Source: Adineta vaga (Eukaryota; Animalia; Rotifera). From it: a DNA stretch of 64,000 nt. The position numbers and the translations under genes were made by a program. The stretch is taken from assembly GCA_021613535.1 (NCBI GenBank), contig CP075494.1, positions 496,001 through 560,000 on the forward strand, in the 5' to 3' direction. Below the pieces are notes generated by a model. It did no database searches. It was not told where the DNA came from and was given only the letters and a program-made list of their open reading frames with translations. Positions 37,163-49,100 of the stretch are shown piece by piece (within the stretch, counting starts at the first letter, position 1; each line of letters opens with the position of its first letter).

Positions 37163-37572
37163 AACTAATGAAGAATTAAACTTGATCCATTCATCGATTT
37201 TAACGGATTTCTCAAGTTTTCATTCATTTTAATCTAATAAAATCGATTATATGAAGAAAAATAATAAATTCGAATCGATGACAATGATAAGAATAAAATC
37301 TACAATATCTTTTTAAAAAACGTGATGGTGCGATTTGTAGTGCTGAATTTGTTCTTCTTCTTCCTACTATTATTCATCATAAGGGTCGTGGATGTTGTTC
37401 TAATGATAGTGGCATTAATATTTCTATTGAATATGAAGTTAAAGGTTCTCATGATGATTTTTCTGATCTTTGTTTATGCAAAGATAGGAACAAAAATTAA
37501 CAAGACTATTTCTTTAATATTATTTTCAATTTTATTAATAAAGAAAGAGAACGCTTGAGTAAAGATGAAACA

Positions 37573-37646
37573 TGAGGGTGGTTGTGGGAGTGTCTAAGAG
37601 TCAATATAGTGAATACTCTTATGACACCCACTCCATACTCTCAAGA
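37573..37646. repeat. Telomeric-repeat palindrome (degenerate)
   Basis: tgagggtggttgtgggagtgtc ... gacacccactccatactctcaaga. Confidence 0.7.
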
Positions 37647-38624
37647 AAAATAAATACAGTTTTGTATAATAAGTGTCTTTAAAGAATTTCGTCATTACTA
37701 TCTTATTGGTTTTTTTCTGCATGAAATGATATGAACGTTCTGTAAAATGTATCTGAGTATAACAAGTTCAAAAGAATAAAGGTCGTTTTTAGGTACTTTC
37801 ACCTTTCTTTTATGTTCGTTTGTAATTATTTGTTCAAAATAATTATTGTTTAAGAACTAAGATTATCAATGAGAAAAAAAGGAAAAGGAAGTTTTGAGTA
37901 GAATGTTCGCGACTAATTCTATCTGAGATATACTTCTCATTTTTTAAGAAAAAAAAAGGTAATTATCGAAAGAAATCAATTTGTGAAAGAGAATTGCGAT
38001 GTTTAGTTAATGTAATATAATACTCAGACGATACTTTTAAAACTTAAATACACAATTGTTTATTTATATTTAAATGAATTATTCCAATAATTTTTATCAT
38101 AAAAGTTGTAAATGATGAATAGAATATATAATTAAATTCTAGAATTATTAGAAAATATTCTCATTTGTATATAGAATTCTTTTTTTTTATTAATAAAATA
38201 AAACTTGATTTTCAAAGATAATTATATATCTAATCTATAAGAAACAACATATCTTTATCTCTATTCTTCCGGGTTTTTTTTTTGTCTCTTCATATTGCGT
38301 TGTTTATATTTATTATTGTATGAAGATATTATAAATAAGTAAATCAAATCATTTTCTTTCGTAAATCATTTTTCATCTGACTTATCTTTATTTTAGATAA
38401 AGTATAATCTAAAATATTTAAGATGTACTTATTTTTTTTCCTCTTGACTTTTAAAAATTTGAAAGATGAGAGAAGATTTCCTGTCATTGTATAGATCTAT
38501 TGTAGAATAAATTAATATTATAAATTCCACTAAAGGAAATTAAAATCTGCGTATTGTCATCTTTTTTCTCCTATAAGAATTAATGTGAATAAACAATTTA
38601 TTTTTTAGAAAGAAAAAGAAAACA

Positions 38625-40553
38625 ATGTTTACGACATTTCCATTATCACAAATCGATGGTTATATCATCTTAATTAGTTTTGGAATCATATTTAGTTTAA
38701 TTATGATTATAATAACACTTCTTTTACAACGATTTAATGGTGAAAATCAAATGTCAAGTGAAATATTTATAACAGGAAATCGAAAAATTCGTTCAGGTTT
38801 AATCTCATCATCAATTGTATCATCATGGACATGGACTGCAACATTATTACAATCAACTTCTGTTACTTATTTATATGGAATATCTGGTGCATTTTGGTAT
38901 GCAAATGGTGCAACAATTCAAATTATTTTATTTTCAATCATTGCAATTGAATTTAAACGTCGTGCACCATTTGCTCATACATATTTAGAAATTATTCGTG
39001 TACGATATGGTCGGGAAGGTCATTGGATATTTATTCTATTTTTTTTATTTACAAATATTCTTGTTACATTAATGTTATTAACAGGTTGTTCAGCTGTTAT
39101 TCATTCATTATGTGGAATGAATATTATTGCTGCTTGTCTTTTAATACCATTAGGAACAATAGTTTATACAACAGTTGGAGGAATAAAAGCAACTTTTCTA
39201 ACAAATTATGTTCATACAGTGATTATTATTATTATAATATTATTTTTTTCATTAACAACATATCAAACATCATCTTTATTGGGTTCATTTTCAAAAATTT
39301 ATAATTTACTTATTAATGCAAGTTTAATTCATCCAATTGATGGAAATTTTCAAGGTTCTTATTTAACAATCAAATCTCGAGATGGTTTAATCTTTTTTTT
39401 TATAAATTTAATTGGAAATTTTGGAACAGTTTTTCTTGATAATGGATATTATAATAAAGTTATTGCTGCTTCATCAACATCAGCTGTACATGGTTATATT
39501 CTTGGTGGTATTGCATGGTTTGCCATACCATTTGTTACTGGTACAACAATGGGTATTGTTGCAATTACAATTGAAGATAATGTTTTATTTCCAACATATC
39601 CAAATCGATTAAGTGAAAATGATATTAATTCGGGTTTAACATTACCATCAGCTGCAATTGTTTTACTTGGAAAAAGTGGAAGTATATTAAGTTTTATAAT
39701 GATTTATTTAGCATGTACAAGTGCAATGTCTTCACAATTAATTTCAGTTGGATCAATAATAACATTTGATATTTATCGAACTTATTTTAATACAAATGCA
39801 TCGGGAAAAAAATTATTTTTTATTTCAATTTTATCTTTATTAGTTTTTACATTAACTATGAGTATTTTATCAATTGGTTTATATTATATTTCAATAAATT
39901 TAGGATATTTATATACAATGATGGGTATTATTATATCAAGTGCTGTTTTACCTTCTATATTAACACTTTTTTCGAATAAACAAAGTAAATTAGCTGCTTG
40001 TCTTTCACCACCATTGGGTTTAATTTGTTCAATAATATCATGGTTATTAACATCTAAATATTTATATGGAAAAATAACTATTCAATCAACTGGATCAAAT
40101 TTATCAATGCTTGTTGGAAATCTTGTTGCTTTATTAACTCCATTTATATTTATTCCTTTATTTAGTTTTATTAAACCAGATGAAATTCCATATGATTTTA
40201 AATCAATGAGAGAAATTAAATTAATTGATGATGATTTACCAAATCCAAATCGAATAAATACTGAAGATGTAGAACATGGAATTATTTATATTAAAGAAAA
40301 TTCTCGTTTTGTTCGTTTATTAGCAATTGGAATAACAATATGTTTAATTATTATTTGGCCATGGCCTCTCTATGGAACATCATATATATTTAATGAAAGA
40401 TTTTTTACTTTTTGGATTTGTTTTGGAATAATTTGGTTAATTATTTCATTTATTATTGTTGGAATTTATCCAATTATTCAACATCATCAAACAATTAAAT
40501 CTGTTCTTAGATTAATCTATTTTGATATTAAAACATTTATAGAACGTGATTAA
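38625..40553 (+). CDS. DUR3: Intronless DUR3-like urea active transporter (sodium:solute symporter family)
   Basis: Motifs SSWTWTATLLQS, YGISGAFWYANGA, GGIKATFL, GNFGTVFLDNGY, GYILGGIAWFAIP and FDIYRTY. Many TM helices. Confidence 0.9.
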   Translation: MFTTFPLSQIDGYIILISFGIIFSLIMIIITLLLQRFNGENQMSSEIFITGNRKIRSGLISSSIVSSWTWTATLLQSTSVTYLYGISGAFWYANGATIQIILFSIIAIEFKRRAPFAHTYLEIIRVRYGREGHWIFILFFLFTNILVTLMLLTGCSAVIHSLCGMNIIAACLLIPLGTIVYTTVGGIKATFLTNYVHTVIIIIIILFFSLTTYQTSSLLGSFSKIYNLLINASLIHPIDGNFQGSYLTIKSRDGLIFFFINLIGNFGTVFLDNGYYNKVIAASSTSAVHGYILGGIAWFAIPFVTGTTMGIVAITIEDNVLFPTYPNRLSENDINSGLTLPSAAIVLLGKSGSILSFIMIYLACTSAMSSQLISVGSIITFDIYRTYFNTNASGKKLFFISILSLLVFTLTMSILSIGLYYISINLGYLYTMMGIIISSAVLPSILTLFSNKQSKLAACLSPPLGLICSIISWLLTSKYLYGKITIQSTGSNLSMLVGNLVALLTPFIFIPLFSFIKPDEIPYDFKSMREIKLIDDDLPNPNRINTEDVEHGIIYIKENSRFVRLLAIGITICLIIIWPWPLYGTSYIFNERFFTFWICFGIIWLIISFIIVGIYPIIQHHQTIKSVLRLIYFDIKTFIERD

Positions 40554-40734
40554 TGATTCATTCAAATTAGTTTGTTAACGATATACTGTTGTTTTTCTCT
40601 CACTGTATTTAATTTCTGATCCGCTCACCACCTAGGGTTCACAAAGATCCTATAAGGCTAATAAAATATAAAACTATCATATTGTTTTATTATGAGATTA
40701 CAGTATTTGTAGATTTGAACGATCTTTATCCGAG

Positions 40735-40791
40735 TTGAGGGTGTGGGTGTAGGTGTGGGATAAGAATGTAATCTCACCCACACCCTCAAGA
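40735..40791. repeat. Telomeric-repeat palindrome, cleanest copy
   Basis: Perfect 15-nt inverted repeat TTGAGGGTGTGGGTG (40735) / CACCCACACCCTCAA (40775-40789). Confidence 0.92.
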
Positions 40792-40986
40792 AATAGTTCT
40801 CGTTGAACAAATTTCTAAAGATCTAAATATGATTTCTATTAGAATTTTATTACATTATAACGCAAATGGTTTGTTTGATATACTTTTTAAAAGATAGGAT
40901 TTTTGAACGTATGCGTTTTTCATTGCGTATTTCTTTAATTTCTCACAATAAAGGAGTATGAAGGATCATCATATCAATTATCTTAA

Positions 40987-41633
40987 CCCTTAAAAGCCGA
41001 GATGTCCCTTCCAAGGGACATTGGATTAATCGCTGCAGAACAGAGGAATTAAATCGTATCCATGAAAGCTACTGTTTTCCTGAACAAAGACAGTCAAGAA
41101 GAATGTAGGATGGAAGAAAATCACACTAAAACAGTTTTCGCGAACTTCAACATAGCTTTGAGTGCGAGTCTATTTTTAAGTAAAATTGGGTAATCGGATA
41201 TTTCTATATCTTCGCATATACAATACAGGTTTTGAGTAATATCATGAGAAACAATCGTAAACTATAATATAAAACAACTTTGCACGTTTTTAACTATTAT
41301 AAATGCCCATTGTAGCGTGGTAAAAAAGTGCCGTTTTAGAGGCATTTTTAGCACAGTAAACCGAGGTAATTGTATATTTTTCGCTCAATCGATAATTGGA
41401 GATACCTCAAAATATCATCAGAATGAATTCACGATGGTCCTGAACCATATTGCACGCCCACCCAACCGACAAATTATTATGATCATACTTCACCCAGGTC
41501 ATCTGGGTGGAAAAAATTTTTGGTACCACCCAGCAGTTTTGACCATGGTATACGCATATTTATACTCCAGAACCTTCATTTATATGATTATTTCGTCTCC
41601 AGCATTAAAAAAACCCTCTTCGGTTTTTAAGGG
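40987..41633. mobile_element. piggyBac-type MITE, 647 bp
   Basis: TTAA|CCCTTAAAAGCCGA ... TCGGTTTTTAAGGG|TTAA. Confidence 0.9.
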
Positions 41634-41643
41634 TTAAATAAAT

Positions 41644-43120
41644 ATAAAATCAAACATTTCATGATTTGTTTTCCAACATCAAGATGAGAAATAAGAAGGG
41701 AAAGTCTCTTGCTTTGTTATGTTCGAACATTTCCGTTTAGTAAAAGTAATTCATCTGTTTCTAACGTTCATTGATAATCAATCTAACAAAGATTTATTTA
41801 TTCTTCTTATTTTTTGCCTTTCTTTCCGTTTTTTATGTTTCATTATGCATTCAGAATGCTAGAGGTATTTTTCCCTTTTCAGATCGCCATTGTCTGGAGG
41901 AATAAAATTTTGTCAATGTCTATCAATACAATTCAACGCCATTGAAAGTCACACAAGCAAACCGTCCACCAATAACTAACATCTTTCCATTTAATAATCT
42001 AGATGCTGTATGATAACCTCTGTGGGTGTGGGTGAGGGTGTAAATCAAACATACGAGAATACTAACTGATACATACACCCTCAATATGCTCCTTTAGTAA
42101 CCATTTCAGAAGCAAAAGAAGAACATCTATGGCATCCGGGCGCGCCTCTCTTAAAAATTCACAATTATTTCTCCCTTCTTTCGAGCTACTGGGTTTTATC
42201 CCACTATGGGTATGAGGAGGTAGTGAATATGAAGGAAGAAGTCCACGGTGCAAATGAAAACGAGAGTTGGTAAGAAGAAGAAGAAGGAAACACCTAATGT
42301 GCGTCTCCAAGCAAATATAATTTTCTTTTCATGTGTAGTTTTCCTTACTGGGTGAGGAAACTATAGAGTTACAAGAGTTATATAAAAGCCGCCATCAATG
42401 ACGAACACATTCACTTACGTTTCATTCCAACATCGTGATCATCAAATAACAAAATCATGCAGGTAATGGTACTTTTTCTTTTTGTAGCAATTGTTATCGG
42501 TTCAACTCAATCTCAAACATGGGCTGGCACTTACATGCCTGATTCATCATGTGACACATCAACTTGCTGTTGCTTGAGTGGACAAGCCATAGTAACAAGT
42601 TCATCGGCAAATAGTTACACTGTTCAGTCTGGTGCGAGTGGTGTATGTGGTGGTGCTGTGACATTCACAGGCAATCTCTATACAAGTGGCTATACGGGTT
42701 GGATGATGGTAGCCACTGATAATGATACAGTAACACTTAGCTCTGATAGCCACATAGTCACAGTCACCAATCCAAGTAGATCAGCATGTAATGGCCAAGG
42801 AATCAAAAATGGAAGCCCGACACAACATGTTAACATCATCACGTACGTTATTGGCTATTTTTTGGTGGGTATGGTGATCAATACCTTAATCGCCTGAAAC
42901 ATTTCGATTCTCTAAACTATTTCACACATTGATAATTTACTAGTTTGCTTAATCAAGAATAAATTATTTATATCATTGATCAAAATGCATTTTAAAACGA
43001 GCTTCAATACCATAGTAAAATCTGTTTAAAACTGTTCTAAGAGAGATGCTCGCTTTTTATGAAATCTTGAGGGTGTGGGTGTGGGTATATCTTCTTCACT
43101 CTCATCCACACCCACACCCA
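41644..43120 (+). repeat. 1.48 kb direct duplication, copy 2
   Basis: Matches 28524-30000. It ends in the palindrome at 43065-43120. Confidence 0.95.
42457..42897 (+). CDS. Small Cys-rich secreted or GPI-anchored protein, paralogue of 29337-29777
   Basis: 146 aa, with five amino-acid differences from copy 1 in the ORF track. Confidence 0.8.
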   Translation: MQVMVLFLFVAIVIGSTQSQTWAGTYMPDSSCDTSTCCCLSGQAIVTSSSANSYTVQSGASGVCGGAVTFTGNLYTSGYTGWMMVATDNDTVTLSSDSHIVTVTNPSRSACNGQGIKNGSPTQHVNIITYVIGYFLVGMVINTLIA

Positions 43121-43586
43121 AGCCTAAATATCTTTTTTCCCAGTCAAAAGAACATAAGCTAAAAACTAAGTTCAATCATCGGCCATTTTCTGTGAACAAT
43201 AGAATGACAAGGATGGCTACGTTTTCAACTGATTTTTCTCATAGACTCACAAGTCATGAAGAAAGCAGAAAGGAGTTTTGAAAGAGGGTCATACCTCAAC
43301 GTCTACCATTGATTCACCAGAGCCATCTAATGACTTGTAGTCGTTGGAAGACATTTGAGTTCGATCAATTTTGCATTAATACAAATCCTAACCCTTTTCA
43401 TTTCTACCTTCAATTGTTTGAAACATGCATATCATATTTGTAATGATGTTGCTATAAGTATGGAAAGGGAAACGATCCTTTACTTATTGTTTATTTCTTT
43501 GTTTTTCACAAAAAGATCTTTACTATTCTTCTAATAAAAAACATAACCCGTAATACAAAAATGAATTTAACTAATTTTGTCGATAT

Positions 43587-44280
43587 TTATCCAATCATTG
43601 ATTCTGTAGCTACAATACGAATCCGATCAAATCTTTCATGTAGTCTAGAATGAATTGTCGCAAAGAGTGAGGAAATTTGTCGTATGTGATTAACTTCAGG
43701 AATCATTTCATTTTTTCTGACCAAAATATTTAATCGACATTGAAAGCATTTGAGATGAGGTGTACGTTCAGTTAACATATGAAATAATCGAAAAAATCAA
43801 TTGGTGATAAAGAATGTGTACATCGAACGGCTAGATCAGTTAAGACAGGTGTAAAACATAAGACTTTTTCCAGATCATTAATAACATCATAATATTCATC
43901 GAATACGATATTAAAATAGCGTAAAGTCATATGTTGGAACGACAATAGGTGGAGTTAGGTGAAATATAGTTGTAGTAAATCGACGTAGAGTTGGAAGTAC
44001 TTTGAATAAATCAGGCCAATGTTATAATTCACCTAAAATATATTCAAAAACAATAACTTACATAATCCAATAAAAAGTGAATAGAGATATTTATTTTCCA
44101 CAACGTAATGTTTGAGACGATGAAGATCAGCACCATTTTGACGAACAGAACGAAGTTATGTAAAACGATTTGATAAGAGTAAACGATAGAAATCATCGAT
44201 ATGATCATATTTTAATGGAGTAACATATTTGATTGAAAGCATTCTTAGATCAGGTAAATAATCTGGATGAATAGCCCTAG
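43587..44280 (-). pseudogene. Disrupted coding relic, possibly an F-box/LRR-type protein
   Basis: Protein-like stretches (YLPDLRMLSI, LFKVLPTLRRF, LEKVLCFTPVLTDL, RTPHLKCFQC) broken by stops and frameshifts. Confidence 0.35.
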
Positions 44281-44422
44281 AGTACATTAACAAACAAATA
44301 TATTCTACTCTTTTAACATATCATTTTCTATTAAATCTGATTCAATTCAGTAATTTATAAAAATAATATTGCATATAAATCGAATACTTACATCAATTGA
44401 AGGAAGACTGGTCGAAAAAAAA

Positions 44423-45197
44423 TGCGGAAACTTCGGATTTTATCCGAGAGTTATGTGTACTGGAAAAAGTGTATGGGAGAGATGGGTCATTCTAGAATGT
44501 CTACGCATCAAAATTACCACGAGAAATTTTTCGATGAGCAAGATTTTTCATGTTGAGTTATGAATGCATTTTTATATTGGAATCTATCGGAATAACGGTC
44601 ATATGCAACCTCATGAATCTATAAAAGATCTATGACAGATACACATATCAGCATTTTCATAATAGATCATCAATATCAATAGGTTTGGAGATCAGGTTTT
44701 TCTCTTTTGATAGTCGTTCCGACTAGCTACAAAACCAAGCATTTGGGAAACTCCCAAACTACAGATCATATGAAACATATTTAGGCAATTCGGTGTTAAA
44801 ATACAGTTTTTGCGCATTTTGAGACCTTTTTTAAGCATTTTTCATTAGTAAACTACGATTTGACTGAAGCCCAATATCAGATTCGAAATCAGCGTTAAAA
44901 ACTAAGTCGATTCATACATGTTTTAAATAATTTTGAGAGAAAATGTTTTTTCAAAAAAAACCCTGTATCCACCCTCAGGGATGGTCTGGTCAAAAATGAC
45001 AATTTTTTCGATAACTCAGCCATTTGTTGAGAGATCATTCTCATCTTCGAACTCGACCGAGATATTAATGAGACAATTCTGTGCACAAAGTTTCAGCTCA
45101 ATCGAATGTAGTTGTGAAGAGTTATCGTGTAAACGGCCGGACGGACGGACATATAGATCGATTATAGTAGTGTACTCACTTTTTGAGTACACAACAA
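44423..45197 (-). mobile_element. HINE/DINE-1-like non-autonomous Helentron-type element
   Basis: Minus strand: 5' TTGTTGTGTACTCA with an adjacent inverted copy, then TCGATCT..ATGTCCGTCCGTCC microsatellite. At the 3' end, a partial subTIR AGTACACA, a stem-loop AACTCTCGGA/TCCGAAGTT, then a T run. Confidence 0.6.
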
Positions 45198-46194
45198 GTA
45201 TATTGATTGAATATATCGAAAGGGTGTGGGTGAGGGTGTGGGTGTGGGTGGTTGTGGTTGAGGCTGTGGAAGGATGCAAGCCAGTATCTCTATTCACCCA
45301 AACCCTCACCCACGCCTGCACCTTCATCCACACCCACACCCACACTCTAAACGCGTAGTCCCATCAGCGCATGCATCTCCTCCATCAAAAATCGTCACAC
45401 TAACGAAAATAACTCCAAAATAAAATCACACAAACAGATAAAAATGAAAATGATTCATACTGTATGTTTCGGTTCTGCGTCACTCTCAATCACACATTGT
45501 GAGAATGAATGAAAGTAGACGCAAGGGTGAGCGAAATAAAAATATCCGAAACCCTCACCCTCACCCAAATTTCCTTAATATTTATCTCGGCGCTATGGGT
45601 GAAAGTTTAGAAAACTGAAGGATACTGCCATTCACAGCCTCACCCACACCCAACAAACTTTTCCTCTATAAAAAAAAAACTTTCTCAATATCTGTTCTGC
45701 AAAACAAAATATAGGAACGTGATATAAAGAGAAATCGTGACAAAAAATGATATTTAACAAATTCTAGTAAATATTTCAAATTAATATATATTTTATTATT
45801 GATCTTAATCATTCATTGACAAAGAAAATTCATACTTTGTTTTGACATAAAACATGTTCTATGATTCATCAAAGTTCTTACGAATTATGATTTTCATAAA
45901 CGAGAAATATGAATTATTTTTACGAACTTAATTAAATTCTATTCAGTTAAACTAATTAAGTTTCTAGACTATTTAAATTCAAAAGGAAAAGCTCTTCGAA
46001 AAATATGTTTTCTTTTTTTCCTATATGATGCCTAGAATAAATAGAGAGAAGAAAGAAAAAGAAAACTATAAATTAAGAGGAAATCAACGATCAATGTCAC
46101 TTTTTTTTACCAAACAAGAATATTATGATCAATTATTAGTATATTCTAACATTAATACAAAACATTTGGATTATAAAACAATATCGTCTCAAAC

Positions 46195-49100
46195 ATGTGC
46201 AACTTCTACATATTCGTCAGTATTTTTCTGATTCTTATTAATCCAACATCAGGTAAATAGTCTTATTTAGATAGATTTTGTATTTGGTATTTGTCCCACG
46301 AACGAGTCCTATTAATTATTAACCATCTATTCTATAATCCTTTATTATACAATATATTCACGCCATGATACATCTCAATACGAATATTGATTTCTAAAAA
46401 TGTGTGATATTTGCGTCTATGTTTAACATTCATAAAAATGAACAGCATTCTATAAAATGAAGGTCAATACTTATACTAGAGAAAACGTCTTCAAATTTTA
46501 TTCTAAGGTTCTATAGAGAATGCAATTCATTTTCAGTAAAATTTTTCTCCTATTAGTCTAAATATTCTATCTATTTTTATATGTTAAAATTGAGATTCAG
46601 TTGAAAACTTTCTTCAATTCAATACAAGATAAGAAAAGCTACAGAATGTTGAACTCTTTTCTAATAGTAGAGAAAAATAAGTTCTGAAAATCGAAAATTA
46701 TATGTTAGCCATTTTAATTCAATCCTTTATTTTTCGTTTTAAAATATTTATCTTTATATCAGTTTTAATCTTAATCGGTTATGTATTTATCAATACTACT
46801 ATAAGACCATATTAATCATTATCTTATTCTGAATCAGCCAATGTTTTTTTATAACATAATAAACAAAGTAACAAAAACATTAGTATAACGGATACGACTA
46901 TGTCGGAAGATATGTTTTACAATACTAAAAAGAACTGTACAAAAATAAAAAGCATAGTTCTAGTTTTTCCGAGATTATCATCTACGTTTGTTTATTTTCT
47001 CCTAGCTATTTCATTCAATCAACCAAAATTTTGTCCAACAGCAGCTTGGAATAGAAATCCAGTCACTTTTGCTAATCAATCAGTAGTTGGTATACGTCCT
47101 GACGCCATCTTTATCAATACAAATAATACAATATTTGTCGCTTATCGACAGACAAGTCAGATCTTGATATGGAATGAAAATAGCACTATACCAACTAAGA
47201 CAATTTCAGGCAACTTTTGGAGTCCTAGCTCTATCTTCGTTACACAAAATGGTGATATTTATATCGATGATGGTGCCAAGAATGGTCGAGTACAAAGATG
47301 GATTGCAAGTAATGACACATTTGTCACTGTTATGAATGTTAATTCTTCGTGTCGTGGTCTCTTTATTGATCTCAACAACAATTTGTACTGTTCGATGAAT
47401 GTTAAACATCAAGTTGTGAAAAAGTCATTAGATGATCTCGTGATGAAAACAATTCCAGTTGCTGGAACAGGTAATGAAGGATCTGAATCGAATCAACTCA
47501 GTAGTCCTGGTGGAATATTTGTTGATGTTAACTTTGATTTATATGTGACCGATTGTGGCAATCATCGAGTTCAGTTATTTCCATTAGGAGAATCAAATGG
47601 AATCACAGTCGTTGGTGAAACTTCAGCAAGTCGAACAATTGTACTCAATTGCCCTAGCGCAGTTGTGTTAGATGCTGACAAATATTTATTCATTACAGAT
47701 CTCGTTAGTAGTCGTATTTTTGGCGGAGGAGCATATGGTTTTCGTTGTTTAGTTGGATGTTATAGGGATGGCTCACACACGAACCAATTAGACTCTCCTT
47801 ATTCTTTTAGTTTCGATCGATCCGGTAATATGTTTGTGATTGATTACAGTCACCATGGAATTCGAAAGTTTGTGTTGTTGGAAAGTCCTTGTGGTAAGTT
47901 GAGAATTGAATATTTTAAGTGAAGAAAAAAGATTTTCTCCACTATGATTATAATATATAAAAAACGGATCAGTGAAATATTTCGACCAATGTGAGCTATG
48001 AGATATAGGAAAATATATTAAGCGCAACGATGGATGATTTTACTCAGTTATATAAAAAAATAACGTTTCTCAAGATGAGAAAAATATAAATCCATGCTCT
48101 GTTTTATTTGTTATGAAGGATATTGTATTGATATACACTCATTCCATTTAGAATAATCTTTCTTAATATCTCTCTTGGTACCCTTGAATCATGAGTTGTT
48201 GTATTATTTTATCTTTGTTACTAATAGAATCTTCGATAGAAATTTCTTTTATATAAAAGAAGTACTGAGTCATTGATTTGCGATGATATCAAACATTTAA
48301 TTCAGTGATTAGTCTTCTGAATGTGACTGATCTTTATGACTACATATTTATTATTATCAATAGTGATTAAGTCTTGTCATCGTAAAATGATCGTATAATA
48401 AATTCTATTTTTTTGACCATAGAATTCATCAAGATAAACCCGTAGTCAAATCAAGAACTGTTATTCATTGAGATCGATTAAAAAGCTACAACCCAGCATA
48501 TCTCACATATTAAGCGACATTTTTTTCCAACACAATTCAATATTTTATTTTATTGTTCAACAAATCCATTTTTGTTCAGTATAAATAAAATTTCTTTAAA
48601 GATTTCGTTGAATATTGTTATGCGTCAATTATCGTGAAATATCATCGACTCATAATTCTTAAGTCATGATTACGTCGTATCAATGTTTATTTTTTATGAT
48701 AAAATGTGAATTTCATCATCGCTTTATCTTCGACTAAAACATTTTTCTGCGAAGGAACTGAAAATAAATTGGTATCTGATATTTGAAACATGAAAATATA
48801 GATCTGTATGAGAAGTAAAATTTATTCTTAACTTTTTTTTAATGTAATTCAGGCAGCTTAATACACGAATAATACCGTGACTTTTTAAATTGAAAAGTAT
48901 GAAAAAGGTTTTGCATCTATATTGATTAGAAACACAAAAGCGTCTTTTGTTATATCGAATTGAACTTCTTATTGAACACTATAACATGAAGTAGATTGCG
49001 ATCGAGTTAAATATAGTACTATACACTTTCTCATAACTGTAGTTGATGATTTCCATTGATGTTTAATGTTTTCTTTCAAAATTGATCTAAAAGTCTGTAG

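Noticed and set aside
37322-37558. 78-aa hydrophobic ORF
   Set aside because: It is likely spurious. Another frame (RDGAICSAEFVLLLPT...EYEVKGSHDDF) looks more protein-like, but it is a short fragment I cannot assign.
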